A stretch of 60,794 bases of DNA, filler included, from Platydemus manokwari (taxonomy: Eukaryota): the NCBI GenBank assembly GCA_037951405.1. It is 5 parts of 5 records of this genome, joined end to end, with 100 filler letters (N's around TTAATTAATTAA, not from the genome) between each part and the next. Parts side by side here need not be neighbours in the genome. Positions count along the whole stretch, not along the records: positions 1 to 13,959 come from JBBMOY011566967.1; positions 14,060 to 23,976 come from JBBMOY011189656.1; 3 more parts are not named here. One strand, 5' to 3'. Both the position numbers and the translations under genes were made by a program. Each line of letters starts with the position of its first letter. The first letter of the stretch is position 1. Positions 1-14,345 of this stretch are shown here, piece after piece. Below the pieces are notes generated by a model. That model was not told where the DNA came from. It did not search any database and saw only the letters and a program-made list of their open reading frames with translations.

Positions 1-596
1 GGATTAAAGGAATGAAGGGAGAATGCAGGTGATGAGGGATAACGACAATGACTATAAAATAGGATGACAAAAGAAAATATTATGTTATAAAATAACGACA
101 TTAAATATAAAATGAATAAACATTAAATATAAAATGAATAATAAAAAGAAAATAATAACTTATAATAAGATAAGAATAAGAACAATTATATAATAAGATA
201 AAGTACAAATTAATAATTAAGATGAGAAAAATACAATTAAGAAAATCTTAAAAATGTAGACAGTATGTAAATTACTGTCGGTAACAAAAATGTGGTACCA
301 AAAATAGTAAGTAGCGTCTGGCTCAGCAAACTATAAATACTGAGTCCAGTACAGGCAAAAACACAATTTCACAAACTCACAACTTCGCAATTTTGCGATT
401 GTCACAAGTTCATCAGTTCGTAATTTTACAAGCTCTCGACAAGACTGTTCGGACGAGGATTTTTGTGATTTGATCAAAAGAAAGGATTTACAAGAGACAC
501 AGGGATTTTCTGAGAATCGGGATTTACAGGATATATTTGCCAAACCAGATATTTTCATTCAGTTAAGAGTAAGAAGTTTTTTTATTTGTCGTTACA
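1..596 (+). mobile_element. Probable partial LTR at the window start
   Basis: TATAAATA at 332 followed by a GC-richer R/U5-like stretch ending ...GTCGTTACA; the 5' end is outside the window. Confidence 0.3.
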
Positions 597-3500
597 TTGT
601 TTCATGCATCATTTAAATTATTTAATTATTTGTGAGTAAATTTTATGATTAAACGACTTAACAATAGATATCATTGTCGAAGTTCTTTCCATCACCAGCT
701 TTCGGATTTATGCTGCCTACTTGCTGAGGCAACGTGCCGGCCATTTAGCTAAATTTTTGTTGTTTGCATTTTCAAACGTTACTGTTTCTTTTTGTTTCAA
801 TCAATAAATCTTATCAAAACCGTTATCACTTGTTATTCATTAATTACTTGTTAATCATTAATATCACACCGCAGCGTTTAACATAAAGATAATAAAAAAT
901 TTTTGATAATAATTTATTTATAACTACTCCACGTCGGGATGATAATCAATCAACTTTTACAGGAACGGTGTCATCGTCAAAGGATTCAGTTGGTGTCTGA
1001 CCTTTAGATAGCACTAACATTAACTCTGCCAATAGCGTGGTCATCACACCCGTTATTGAAGCCCCTTAGGACCAGAGATGAAATTCACGACTATAACCAA
1101 CCCACCTATTTAATATTATTTTAAAAATAAGAAACTTGATCATAACAACAGTTTTGATATTTATGAATTTGTCAATTATTCTCATAGTTATTTTACCTAA
1201 CAAATGGGTTGGTAAGGTCATGTGGGTTTTATAAAAGAATATTAAATAAACAATTTATACAGAATTTTATGTAGTAAGAAACTATCACTTTTGAGGTGGA
1301 TATGTTTTCTTTGTCATTGCTTATTGTGAGTCTCAATTATATTTGATTAAATACTCGAATTCTATCTCGAGTTATCAGTCTCAGGAGTGATGATTTAACA
1401 AAGTGATACCAATTACACCTGATATATGATCTTCTGTCGATCCGATCGCTGTACTCTTGTATGATGATAGTGTTATTAAAATTATAAAATTTAATATTAC
1501 ATATTTTTATCGCTCGTAAGTTAGTTGCTGATTCACCAAATACTTCAGTCAAATTCATTATTTCGCATGTACAATAGTAGTAGCAGTGAGTTTAATGATG
1601 AATTTGGTAAAAAATAATATTTCAATGATGATAGCTATATTCATCTTTGACAATACTTTATAACAAATACTGATTAAACAGCTATGAATAACTAAGACAG
1701 GTCATTTCTCAGATGAAAAATATATAAGATCAAATATATACTAAATGTTCAAATTAAGACTTTACAGGATTTTGAATCAATAATTCCATGAGGATCAAGT
1801 CGATTATAACCTTGCTTCTTCGTATTATTGAGGTGGTATCGTCTAAAAGAGATTTGATAGAAAAATATGGTAGAGTTTTATATGCTGTTTTAACAGAAAA
1901 ATATTTTATCTAGGTGTGATTTTTGATTCTTATCGACTGAGCTTCGCACCAAATATGTAAGATAATTCGAATGAATGGCGTCTTACGAAATGCTTACTTT
2001 CTGGTAAAACAATTTCTGATAGTTGATAATGAATTATTTTATTCGGCCTAAGTAGAATTTTCTCAATTTAGAAGCTAAAGGTTTCCAAAAATGTAATGGT
2101 CATTTTGACGGTTGAGCTTCTCTATCTATGCTGTTTAAGTGATGATCTATCTGTCAAAGTAAACTATATATATTGATGTAAGTATTTTGATTTCAGAGAC
2201 AGCAATTTCATATTTTTATTTCATAGAAGTGTTAGCGATATTGATATAATATATTTAAATGCAAATGAACCCTGGAACATTTCATTCAGATAAATCCTTT
2301 CAAAAAGTAAATTGAAATAAATAAGAAATTTAAATGAATAGAGATTCACCTTTAAGGAAATAATCATAACTAAATTCCTAATAAATTCCACAGTCCACTG
2401 CGAAAAGAAGAATAATAGCCTGTTATTTTCAAAAAATCCAACGAATAAATAATAACTTAGCAGAATATATTCCCTAACCAGCCAAAGAATATTATTTAAG
2501 TCTTTTCATATTTCTATGTATCTATCTTCTTGCAAACTGCTATTATTCCAACAAGACGAAGGAGTGCCATACCTCAAACTTCTACCGGAATTAGAAGAAA
2601 AAGTTATTTGCATGCCCAAACTTTATATTTTGATCTCATTTTATCATTGTATATTATTTCAATATATATTATAAATTTACCCCCGTTTCTCTATTCACAA
2701 TTTGGCTTAGTATTCAATGTAGTATCATTCAGTACTAGTTTATTTTTCATAATTGTGAGATATTTTAAATGAATTAAATTTTAAATGAATAAAATTTTAA
2801 TTCAAATTTAATTCATATTTTATATAAAGTCATATTTGTATAAAATTAAATTTATTTGTTCGTTTTTAATGTGTGGTTTTTTAAATAGTAGCGGCTAGCA
2901 ATAATCATTGTCTGTCATCCTTATCATAAATTTAAATTTGACAAAGTAAAAGTTTTGATATTTTGAGTTTTACTAGCATTTAAAGACAGCCACCTATTTA
3001 ATAAATTATAACAACCATTATAGTTTCGAGTCATATCAAGGTGTTATCCGATAAATAAAGAAGTGAATTAAGAGTAAGACGGTTACAATAGAGGCGAATA
3101 AATTTAATAATATTTTTAGATTATTATAATTACCTGTGGTTGAAGAGGATTCCATGAGATTGATTAGACATGTTGATAGTTCAAGAGACAATGATTTTAA
3201 CAACAGAAATAATAGTAAGAAAATATTTGCCAACCTTGAAAAGTGACATACCAATGGAAATAGCTGTGGGATCTAATGCAAAAAATTGCTAAAAATTGAT
3301 TCCGGAATTGTAAATATAAAAACTTATTTTGGGAAATACAACTTCAGTTATTCTCAATTTTAACAAATTTTCTTTGAGGATTAGGCAAAATAAATCTTTG
3401 AAAAATCCTTGTTTGATTAAAATAGTCGGATAAATGGATTGAAAATCTATGTAGAAGTTGTACGTGGATAATTTATTTGAATAAAGTGTAAATTTCGTAA

Positions 3501-6500
3501 ATTTAAGTGTGAGTTATGACTCCATATGATTATTTGAGTTTTTAAATTTTTTAATCATAAATTGAGTCAGTAAACTACAGACATGTTAAATAATATCATT
3601 GCTATTTTTTTATAAATAAAATTGTAAAAATTGAGATTATCTCTCGCTTCACAATTTGATAGGTTAGATTTAATTTAATGTTTTCCGTCATTAGCTTTTA
3701 TTATTTCAGGAAATCGGATTAAAAAGGATACGTTTGCTTAACACAATTTTGTGGGGTATCGGTATTAATCAAACAAGCCGTAAATAATATTTATAATAAC
3801 AATTTAGCCAATGCATGAACAATATCGACGAGAAGAATAGTTATCGATATTCTGTAATCATCAACATTTAATTCAATAATCACGAACATTTAAATTGATT
3901 TATTAGCAATTTTTTGATTTAATAGAAAATGTATTTTTATCATCAATAATATTTGAAGTAACGGTCATCTTTTTGAATGCATGATATTTCTATTATTTAT
4001 ACGGGATTTAAATTGTATAACAGGAAATGATTTTTTATAATTTTATTTATTTTTTCTAAAATACGATAGTAAAAGAAAAGGTAAAATCATAGTTGAAAAG
4101 ATATAATTAGCTTTCATTACATAAATAATAAAAAAATACCAGTGTGTGATAATCGCGTGCGATTTCGTTGAATAAAGCCTGTATAATAAAAGACAATCAC
4201 AAAAAATAAATATAAAAGTGGCGCCAATAGTCGCTGAAGAGCAAATAACCAGCATTAAAACACCACGTAAATTCGCATGTACAAGAAAAGCTAGTTCAAG
4301 GGACCTAGTCGAAAATTTTAGCAGTATTAGATGAGTCAGTAGTAATTGATGAATTGTAAATTGAAGTCTACATTTGTGCTTCCATCTTTGTTTCATTGAA
4401 TACTATCAGTATTGCGACAATTTTAAATTGAAGATTTTTAAAGATTTAATTTTAATAAAATAATATCAATATGTTTATGTAATTGTATATAATTACATCT
4501 CTAGGTGTCGTGATTTTTCAGTTCGTTTTGATGTGTGGTTATTAAAATAGAAGCTACTTCTAAGTAGCATACTACAGTAACCAACGGATTCAGTGATTTC
4601 GTAGTATTTTGGTTATAATTATTATCTAAATTCAATGAGCAAACATTCGAGAACTTTTATGATTTATTTTCTATTGGTTTAAATAAGTACAAAAATCAAT
4701 CGTATTACAGATTCAATTAACATTTTGAAAGGGTCAATTATATTATCTTTATCGATCATACTACAATAATACCCAATGAATAATATACCCCATTCAAATA
4801 AGTTTTCCAGGACCAACATGTTGAGTGAAGATGACTATCCCACAAAATTACGATTTTAGCACTTTCTAATCCCTTTTCTTATACTTTATACACATGTATG
4901 CCTACACAGGCACAGTAGTCAGCCAGGAATTATATAAATTCGGTAAAAGGCATGACTATATAACAGCACATGCAAGGAGATTGAATAATCACGAGACCCA
5001 AATGGAATTGGAAAAATAGAAAGTCAAATGAAAATATAACACATAAAAACTCACGCAAGCTCTAAGTATAAATAACGATGCAAAGATGACTTGTTGCAAA
5101 CCAATTAGTGTTGACTTTATAATTTGTTGAGTTTATTGTTGTATTTAGTACCTCGTTGAAATCAATAAAAAATCAATAAAAGCTACAACTGTCATTTCGT
5201 TTGAATAAATTCAATAAACGTGATGAACTTTAAATTCATATTTAGCTGAAAAATAATATTAACTACATGGACTCAACACAAGTCAAAAATACACAAAAAA
5301 GTCAGTGCAAAATATTACAATAATGTAAGCACAATTTAATCGGTTTCATTTGCTTCTAGAAATTATTCTTTCTCTAACCATGGTAAAGTTTTGATCAATT
5401 ATGTTCATTCATGACAATCTAACTCCAATAATTTTATTTAATTAAATGTCGTTTTACATTTTTCTAAAATTTTAAAAAGCATTTTCACTGTATTTTTAAA
5501 ACATCTAATTGATGAAAAATCTTAAATTGAATACTTACTTTTGTTATAAAAAATTTCCCAATTGTAGGTTATAAGCTTAAATTGGAAATTCACCACAATT
5601 TTTTAAACCCAAAGTTCATCATCCAAACTATCATTCTTACCCAACTTACCAAATCAGATCTTCCAATAAATTTCAATTCAAATAATCTATCATTTAATAA
5701 TCGGCAAATACTCGATCAGCATTTTTACAAATTAATAGGTCTCAATAAATCTTCTATCAACAACTTGACGCATCCAACCATAGTCCAAATTTACTGATTC
5801 TCCTAGCAAACTCGTTTGGAATATTCAAAAATAATTTAATCAATAATTTAATCAACATAATTAAATAAATTATATTCAATAAAATTATATTCAGACATGA
5901 CTTTTACCATCTTGGTATAGCTGATAAACACCAATTCAATACGAATAATAATTTAACGTTTTTTGATAAGACCAATTTTAAAACACGAAGGTAAGAGATT
6001 TTAAGATGAACGATAATCAAGAAAATTCGAATAAAATTCCATCAAACTCAATCGAGTACAACAGATCCAGATTCAACTTATTATACCGGTGCTGCAATGG
6101 ATTTCGTAAGCTGACAATAGTCTCTAGTAGAGCAATGCGGTGGTAATCCTGTCTAATTTGTCGATTTTAAGATTGATGGGTAGAACTGGAAATGATCAAA
6201 CGAGAGGCATATAACCACTATACTCAGAAATAGTGACAGAATTTTAAGATTCTCATAGAAGTCATTGATTTCTTACCAAATCAGAATAAATGTAAATTGT
6301 AAATAGATTGGATTAATTGAGAGTTATGTGTAGGTTATTATGAATGTATACTTCATTATTTTTTTGTGATTTTGATAATTTAAAAAGTAATTTTCATATT
6401 ATCAACCAATTTATTTATGAAATTTTAAAAAACGATTTATGAAAATTAGAAAATGTATTGTTATTCAGTTTATTTGAATAATCTTCAACATCATGTGATT

Positions 6501-8154
6501 ATTTAATAAAATATAAAATGCTTTGAAGATTAAAAATTTACTAAAAGTTAATAATGAAATGTTTCGATCGAGAATAGGATTGACACTGATAAACATAATT
6601 TACTAAAAGCGAAATTCGGAAATAATCTTGTGAAACGTACTGGATATCACAAAATAGAAGAATATTTCAAACATTTAAACTTAATCCTTAATTAATTGCT
6701 GTTTTCAATTTAAAGATATTCTAAAATCATTTCCGAATTAAAGCATCATTAATTTTCGAAGCATATAAGAAAGCTCAATCGACCTGTTTTAGTTGATGAT
6801 ATTTTTGATATAAATTCACGGACTTCTTCATGAATTATTTATCCCTTAAGTTCACAGATTTATCCGTTAAGATTTTTCAAATGAAATTTTGTAATATCTT
6901 TTTAATGATGAAGTAATATTCAAGATAATTATGCAACATTTTCTGCTTCCGTTTATTTAACAATATTGGAAAATTTAATCGAGCTATTTATTACAAAAGA
7001 AATAGAATTTAATTACACTTATCATTCAAGATTGATGGAGTTCTACAAAGGTTTGTTTTACGGAATATATCTATTTTCATTTGTTCATAAAGTACAGAAT
7101 TGGCAAGAGTAAATTCTCATATGACTTCTAAACAATAGAATTATTCCTCATGCCTATTATTGGACTGTTTTTGGACTTTAAAAGATTTTTTATGTATTTA
7201 AATTTCAGAAAGCAACAACTAATAATTTATTTTAAAAATTTAAGATGAAATTGATCGATATGAAAAATTGTTAACTTGTGGATTTTTACTTATCGTATCC
7301 ATTTCCAAAGAATTGATTATATTTATTATCGAGAGCACTTCTTTTAATTTCTAGAACTCCACCTTGAAATTCCCGTACTGGTGACCATTTTTTAAATTTT
7401 TCATGTCTATAAAATATAAATTATTATTATTATTATTATTAAATCCTCATACTTTAGTGATAAAAAAATACAATTATTTAATCAAAAACATATATCATCT
7501 TTCCAAAATACTGCAGGATTATTTTTCAAACGAAACTACTAAAACATTCAATTATCAATCAAATTTTCATTTGCAAGAAAAGTGATTCTTGTATTTCTTG
7601 CTTTTGATGAAAAAATAAAGCTGGTATCGAAAACCGAAAATTCAATTTATTATCGATTGATAGTTAAATAAATTCGAATGTGCTTTGTAAGATTTTGATC
7701 GAGAAATAAAGATTTTTTTCGTTGATCTTGCAAGAAAAAGTCCTCGTCTAACTATTCTCAGTTACTAAAGTATTTTTCATTTCTCATAGATTTTAACTCT
7801 TGCATTGAGTCGTAGAATTCTATTAATATCGGAAACTAGATTCGATTATTTCAAACGGTTTCAAAATTGGTAATTAATTTGTCCAATGATTGAATTGTGA
7901 ATATTTTCTTTCAATATACTTTATAATGAACAGTTAAATATTCTTAAGGACCCCCAATTGATGTTTTAATGGTTATTCTAACATTTAAAAGGCTCTTTCT
8001 AAGTCAAACCTAAATAGAAATAAGAATATCAAAATTATGGTTTCAAAAAACTTATTTTTGAAATATTTGTAAGAACCAATATTAAAAAATCAATTTTAAT
8101 AAACAAATGACTTAAAATGAACACGATATGTCATAAAAAATAAAATACAATGAC

Positions 8155-8595
8155 AAGATTTTAAAATTAAAAATTTAAAGATTTCATAAATTAAAGTCAA
8201 GCCATATTAATTTGTTTAAATAAGTGTAGATCATCGCGTGCTTTATAAATTCTACCGGTGTACATAGCAACCGCATATTCGGAATCGATTTTGATAAGAT
8301 TATGATATGAGAGTAAGGTATAGAAAATATGCAAAGAGAATATATAAAGAAAATGTAAAGAAAATGTGAAGAAAATTTCATGAGGATATAAAGAAAATAT
8401 AAAGTGGTGAGAAGGAATGGGCAAAAAAAAATTTTGAAAATTTGATAGAGATAATTATGAATGCATGGAAAATGAAAGATTTTAAAGAAAGAAGGAAATG
8501 AAGATTTTAAAATTTAAATTTAAAAGATTTTATAAATTATTATCAAAAAATATTAATTCATTTAAATCATTATGATATAAAATAGTAGTGGCCAC
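8155..8595 (+). repeat. Second partially tandem copy of the same dispersed repeat family
   Basis: AAGATTTTAAAATT.AAATTT.AAAGATTT.ATAAATTA occurs at about 8155 and 8500; the internal TCGATTTTGATAA.ATT...GTATAGAA...ATGTAAAG is shared with 10210-10290. Confidence 0.55.
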
Positions 8596-9269
8596 CATGT
8601 ATCATACAGGAAGTGTCGATAAAGAATCAATCACCACGACCCTATGTAAGCTAGATCTAAGTAAGAACAAGTTTAACTTAAGTCTCCGTGGATTCTAAAT
8701 TGTGAGAAGTTGAATTATAAAATAGCAGTTTATATTTGCCATTAGTTCCTATCAATTATGTAAAATTCGTTTGTTGTAATTATTAATGAAATTATTATTG
8801 TGTTCATTATTAATTCCAATGGTATTATTTTTATCAATATTTAATTTTAATATGGCCACTTTTAATTTTCAATTAAAAGCTTTAATATTATATTTATAAT
8901 AACTATTATCATTAATATAAATTATTATTATAAATTATAATATAGACTAAAATATTTTAAAAAATATTTCAAAATAACCTGTTTTCATCCCAAACATTAG
9001 CTTCGGAAATATCAATGACGACATATCCAATGGAGACTGAAAAAAAATGTTAATCATTTTCAGTTTATTATTTATGGTAAAGAAAACATCGTATACTGAA
9101 ATTTTAAATAACTAATTGACAGTTTAAACAAAAATTATCAATTTTCTACATTAGGTAAATTATTTAGGTAATTATTCGTCAACCATGTTTTCATTTTCAT
9201 AGATTGGGTTATTATAAAGTTTAAAATATTAGGTGCTACAAATAAGATCAAATTTGAGATGATCTAAAG

Positions 9270-9590
9270 CAGTGTTTTTCAAAAGAGAAGTCTCGAAAAA
9301 TTATTTGGGGATCGAGATAAATTTCATTTTCGACACTGACTTATATTAAGATAAAATATCGATCGAATTTTAAAAATCTGGAATTAGTACTGAGACCAGC
9401 CATCACCGAAATAGAGCCAAGATTTGATGTTTTATACCAGAATATGCAAAATCTTTGTTATTACTAAATATATTTTAATTTTTTGGTGCTTAAAATATTT
9501 TTTATTAAAATAATTTACTTTATTATTTTTATTTTAGTACCTAAGGGTCACGAAAAAATTTGGACTCATAAAGTGGGTCGCAACACAAAA
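9270..9590 (+). mobile_element. Degenerate hAT (Buster/Charlie-like) non-autonomous element
   Basis: ATCTAAAG then CAGTGTTTTTCAA left end; GGGTCACG and GTGGGTCGC subterminal motifs near 9545-9580; right TIR not found. Confidence 0.4.
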
Positions 9591-10037
9591 TGTGTAAAGT
9601 GTCGATTAATGTTATTACTTACAAAAATGATAATCAGAGATCATATATAATATATACATATACAACATTATTACATTTTCAGAATTAATTTTGCTTTCAC
9701 CAAAAGCATGTTCATCGCCGATTGTTTGAAGTTCAAAAATTAAGGAAAATGAATTAATTCATTCATTTACCGGATATCGTCGCAAACAATAGATTAACGC
9801 ATTAAGTATAAATCAAAATCATTTAAAACAAGAATACATTTTGTACTTCAACATTAGTTAATTCATTGAAATAACTATGAGAATGCAAAGATTACAACAA
9901 TAAATTGATTTGAAGGTAATTTGGCTTAAGATTTTTGTTTTTTAATAATGGCGAATATCAATTGATCATTACATAAACAAATCATGTTTCACCTGTTATT
10001 GGAAACTCATTCAACACGAATAGCAAAATGATTGTGT

Positions 10038-10705
10038 GAGAATTTTTAAATCAGTTAAATTTTTAAAGATATAATTCAGGTTTTATATAAAATTATATTA
10101 ATTTGTTTATATAATTGTATTTCAAAATATAATTTGACTTCGTGATTTTTTACTTCGTTTTCAATGCGTGTTTTGTAAAATAGTAGCGACTTACGGTGAT
10201 CATGTAATTGGGCTCGATTTTGATAATGATTGTGTCATGGAAGTATAGAAGAGAAAAAAGAAGATATAGAAAAGATGTAAAGAAGATGTAATGAAGTTAT
10301 AGGGAATATTTAAAGAAGTGCTGATATAAAGAAGTTATAGAAAATTTAGAGAGAAAATACTGAAATATTAAAAAGATTCAGAGATTATATAAAGTAGAAA
10401 AGAAATAGAAATTTTAACTTTAATATAGAAAATTTTAAATAGATATTATTCGAAATACAGAAAATCAAAGATTTTAAATAAAGGGAGAATTTTTAAATGA
10501 ATAAAATTTTCAAAGATTTAATTCAGATTTTATATAAAATTATATTATTTTGTTTATATAATTGCATTTCAAAATATAATTTGTTGTCGTGACTTTCACT
10601 TGGTTTTCAATGTGTGTTTTGTAAAATAGTAGTGGTAAATAGAATTCGATTCTGATAATGACTGTGGCATGAAAGTATAGAAGAGAAAGAAGAAGATATA
10701 GAAAG
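10038..10705 (+). repeat. Head-to-tail partial duplication (period about 447 nt) of a dispersed transposon-derived unit
   Basis: 10038-10275 aligns with 10485-10705 (TTTTATATAAAATTATATTA...TTCAAAATATAATTTG...GTGTTTTGTAAAATAGTAG...GATAATGA.TGTG.CATG.AAGTATAGAAGAGAAA). Related copies near 2770-2900, 4430-4560, 8155-8595 and 56400-56436. Confidence 0.75.
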
Positions 10706-13700
10706 GAGTTGCGGCTTCTAGATCGTATTATCAAAATTAATTAAAATGTTCTAGTCACCTTGAAGACTTATGAAAAAATATTATTATTATTATTATTACT
10801 GTTATTATCATATTAATATAAATTGATATTGAATTTATAATTTTAAATATACAATGTTACTAAAGGTTCGAAATGAATGATTAAGGGAAATTTTTTTGAA
10901 AATATTGTAATATTTTGTATCTTTGCAGATCTCTAAAATGTCATAAAAAACAATTATTATTTTTCAAAATTTTCCACGTTTTTAAATTTTCTGAAGTGAA
11001 TAATTTATTTAGGTACAATTTTATAACATTTAAAAGCATTTTGAATATTGATGATGAAAATTAGAATATATCAAATAAAAATAGAAGGTAAATTTCTGAT
11101 AAACATTGGCGTCAGTAAAAAAGTTTCCATGGAATAAAAATGAAAAATATATACAAACCATTGTTTTAATTAATATTACTCAATGCGTCGTATTATATTT
11201 TTAGGTTTTCTCTATCTTGGGTTGAATTCGTACTTATATTTTATCAAAAACTCTCATGCTTATGCAATGAACTAATAGACACAATTATTTGTAGCATTAT
11301 TTGTGGTGAAATATTAATGAACACCAAATACAATAAATATCTATCATTATGCACCGTTGTTCTAACTTGTATTTTTTCAATGTATATAACTTTTTAGTGA
11401 AAATGTTTCGCAGTCTGCTGAATTATCTTATTTTTTAATGACATTGGAGTCAATAATCATATCCTAAAACATGGTTTAACAATACTAACCGTGGGTTGGT
11501 TTTATGGTAATAATGTTTATGGTAATAATAAATTTGTGGTAGCAATTTAGAAAACAAGATTTGAAGAAGCTTGCATAGGCTATTAATAATATTTACTGTT
11601 ATTCATTATAATAAAAAGTATATACACATTAATAAATAATTTAAAATAATTAATGTGATTTTTATAATTAGACTTAAGGTTATCATAACCCTTTGATTGT
11701 AAATTTTAAGTTAAATTCGCTCATCAATATTTCATTCTAAAATTTGATTATAAATGACTTATAATGTCTTAAATTTGATATATTGATATCAAAACTGTGA
11801 AACAAAAAACCGGTAACAAATATTCTTAACCTTACCTATATCTAAAAATATTAAACAAAAATAATTCAAAATAATTTTCGATTAACCAAAACTTAATTAT
11901 CAATTTTATCTAAAAGTTTATAAAATTAATCTGGCTTTTATAAAAAACAAATTGAGAAAGTAAATAAAATATTGCTTAATCACTAAAAATAAAGATTGAC
12001 AATTAAATCTAGTTAATTAAAAGTGAATAAATAATTATTTAATTTTTTTCGAGTGACAGCTAATTTATTTATATATTATTTCAACTGAAACTGAATTGTA
12101 ACAATAATAATTATTAACAAAGATGGTTGTTTATTATCACTATAAAAGTAACAAATAATAGAGAAACTTTTAAAACGGAATTTCATGTAGAAATGAGTAA
12201 ATTATTCAACCTGAAAATTTAGTTAAAATATTTCCACATTTATAGAATGTCATTCAGTGGTCATGTCGATTGTTCAACGGTCCACTTGAATTATTACGGT
12301 CATAAAGAATTTTGTATCGACTTTGACTGTTCTGTTTTGCTAATTATTATGGTTACAGATAGAAATATGATTAAAATGTTTATTTCTTAAAATATCTTAG
12401 ATGATTCGTGATCAGATACTGCCCGAGATTAATGCCAATATTCTTTTATGCAAATATTCGTCATATGTCTTCTTGTATTTTCATTATCATAAACAGGAAC
12501 AATTTATTATTCGAAAAAAACATGTATTGAGAGATTATTTTCCACATTCATCCCTTTTTATTTGAAACTACTATTTATTCAACATCCCTGCTTAAATGAA
12601 TTGAAAATTAACTTTAAATTTTAAATTTTTGAAAAATCTCATTTGTAAATAATATTGATACAACATTTCAATTACAGAAAAGTTTGTAAATTTTCGAAAA
12701 ATGCACTTATTTTGTTAGTACCTAAATAAAAATTTAAAAATTATTAAACTTGTTAATCGTTCTTATTCAAGTACAATCTCTTCATCAAAACCAATAACAA
12801 ATTATAAAGCTTATAATAGCTAAATTTATAAATAAAATCAATTTCATCAAATTTGAAATCATCCCTACATTGCACCAAGTTATTAATCGGATAAATTAAA
12901 ACAATGTAAGTTTCTCTTATTCGATGTATACCAATATTTCAATTTATGCTTCTTTCAACAAGTTTACAGCGATAATTTTAAAGTCATTTGATTTAAAATA
13001 TTATTCATTTTTTCCCAAACTTCCAAACCCCATTCGTATGCGCCAACCACAGGTTAGAAATATCTGATTAACAAATTCAATTCTCAAATTTATAACGAAT
13101 TTTTAAATTAATCGATTTTGTATTTCATTTTTATGTCATTACGAATCGTATTCGGAATGTACATTTAAACTATTCCTAAATAATGAATTATAAAATATAA
13201 ATTACTTGCCTAGTTTCATGGCTAACGATGGCCCATAGAGAACAATTCCCATGTACGGAGCCTAAATTTATTTATAAAGTAACAAAGTTAAAAAATATTA
13301 AAAACGAGTTTTTGAGGGTTAATAAATACTTATTTTTCAATGTCTATTTATTATGAGATAAAATATTCTTTTCAATTTCACGAATAGATTTTACAATAGT
13401 TGATGGTGTATTTGTTTTTAGCAATCAAATTTTACGACACACTATTCTAATATAGACGTTCATGTGGTTTAAAATGTACGCAGTTCATTATATTCAAATT
13501 AATATACAAATATCACAGTTATTCATTTATTCTGCCATACAAATAGAAAGTTATGTATTTCGGTAATGATTAGTTTTTTTATTAATAATATAAGAATAAC
13601 AAATTATTATTATTAATAATTTTATTTTTAAATGTGATTTAATATATGAATGAAATTATTAATAAAATCATGAGCCTTACCATTTGAACAATAAAAGCTA

Positions 13701-13959
13701 AAGCTCCCATTATCTGATTTGCTTTTGAAAATCGCAATCCCAAATACTAGATAAAATAAACATAAAAATAGCAACAATTTTTTAAATTAAATTAATCGAT
13801 TTCTTTCTTTAATTTATTAATCTGGGTGTCTATTATATATAAACTGTTAACTATATTATTATCAATCGCTACGATACAACTTACTTACTTATATTTTTTT
13901 AACTTCAAATATTCATGCACATCACGATCATAGTTTTAAACTTTGTTTTAATTTTATCA

Positions 13960-14059
13960 NNNNNNNNNNNNNNNNNNNNNNNNNNNNNNNNNNNNNNNNN
14001 NNNTTAATTAATTAANNNNNNNNNNNNNNNNNNNNNNNNNNNNNNNNNNNNNNNNNNNN
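13960..14059. other. Artificial contig linker N44-TTAATTAATTAA-N44 (also 23977-24076, 34296-34395, 50975-51074)
   Basis: An identical 100-nt structure occurs four times; TTAATTAATTAA puts stops in all six frames. Plain N gaps at 16806-16815 and 26964-27092. Confidence 0.97.
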
Positions 14060-14060
14060 T

Positions 14061-14345
14061 TGTTATTATTGCCACCTTTTGACACTTTGCGTGACTTAAT
14101 CAATAGCCAGAGTAATGATGATCCACGGGAAGTAATAAATCTAATGTTTGTTGTTCGTTAGTCTCGAGCGCTTATAATACTCGCGTGAAGGCAGGATGTA
14201 CAGCACTTAGACAATGTGTTAGTTGATAATCGATAATGTGATTCTATAAACTGGTCTTCTAACTTATTCTTCACTTCTCTTACTGTAATTATACAGAATT
14301 TATATGTGAGATCAATGACTATTTTATTTTATCTTTTCCATAACA
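14061..14345 (+). mobile_element. Probable solo LTR (285 bp)
   Basis: TGTTA...TAACA inverted termini, raised GC, internal TATA-like motifs; the left flank is hidden by the linker so the TSD cannot be checked. Confidence 0.45.

Noticed and set aside
11205-11550. Hydrophobic fragments FLYLGLNS and LTVGWFYG reminiscent of SLC6 transporters
   Set aside because: Short, separated by stops/frame changes; hydrophobic translations are expected from AT-rich DNA.
14004-14015. Palindromic TTAATTAATTAA repeated four times in the window
   Set aside because: Always centred in 44+44 Ns; an assembly linker, not biology.
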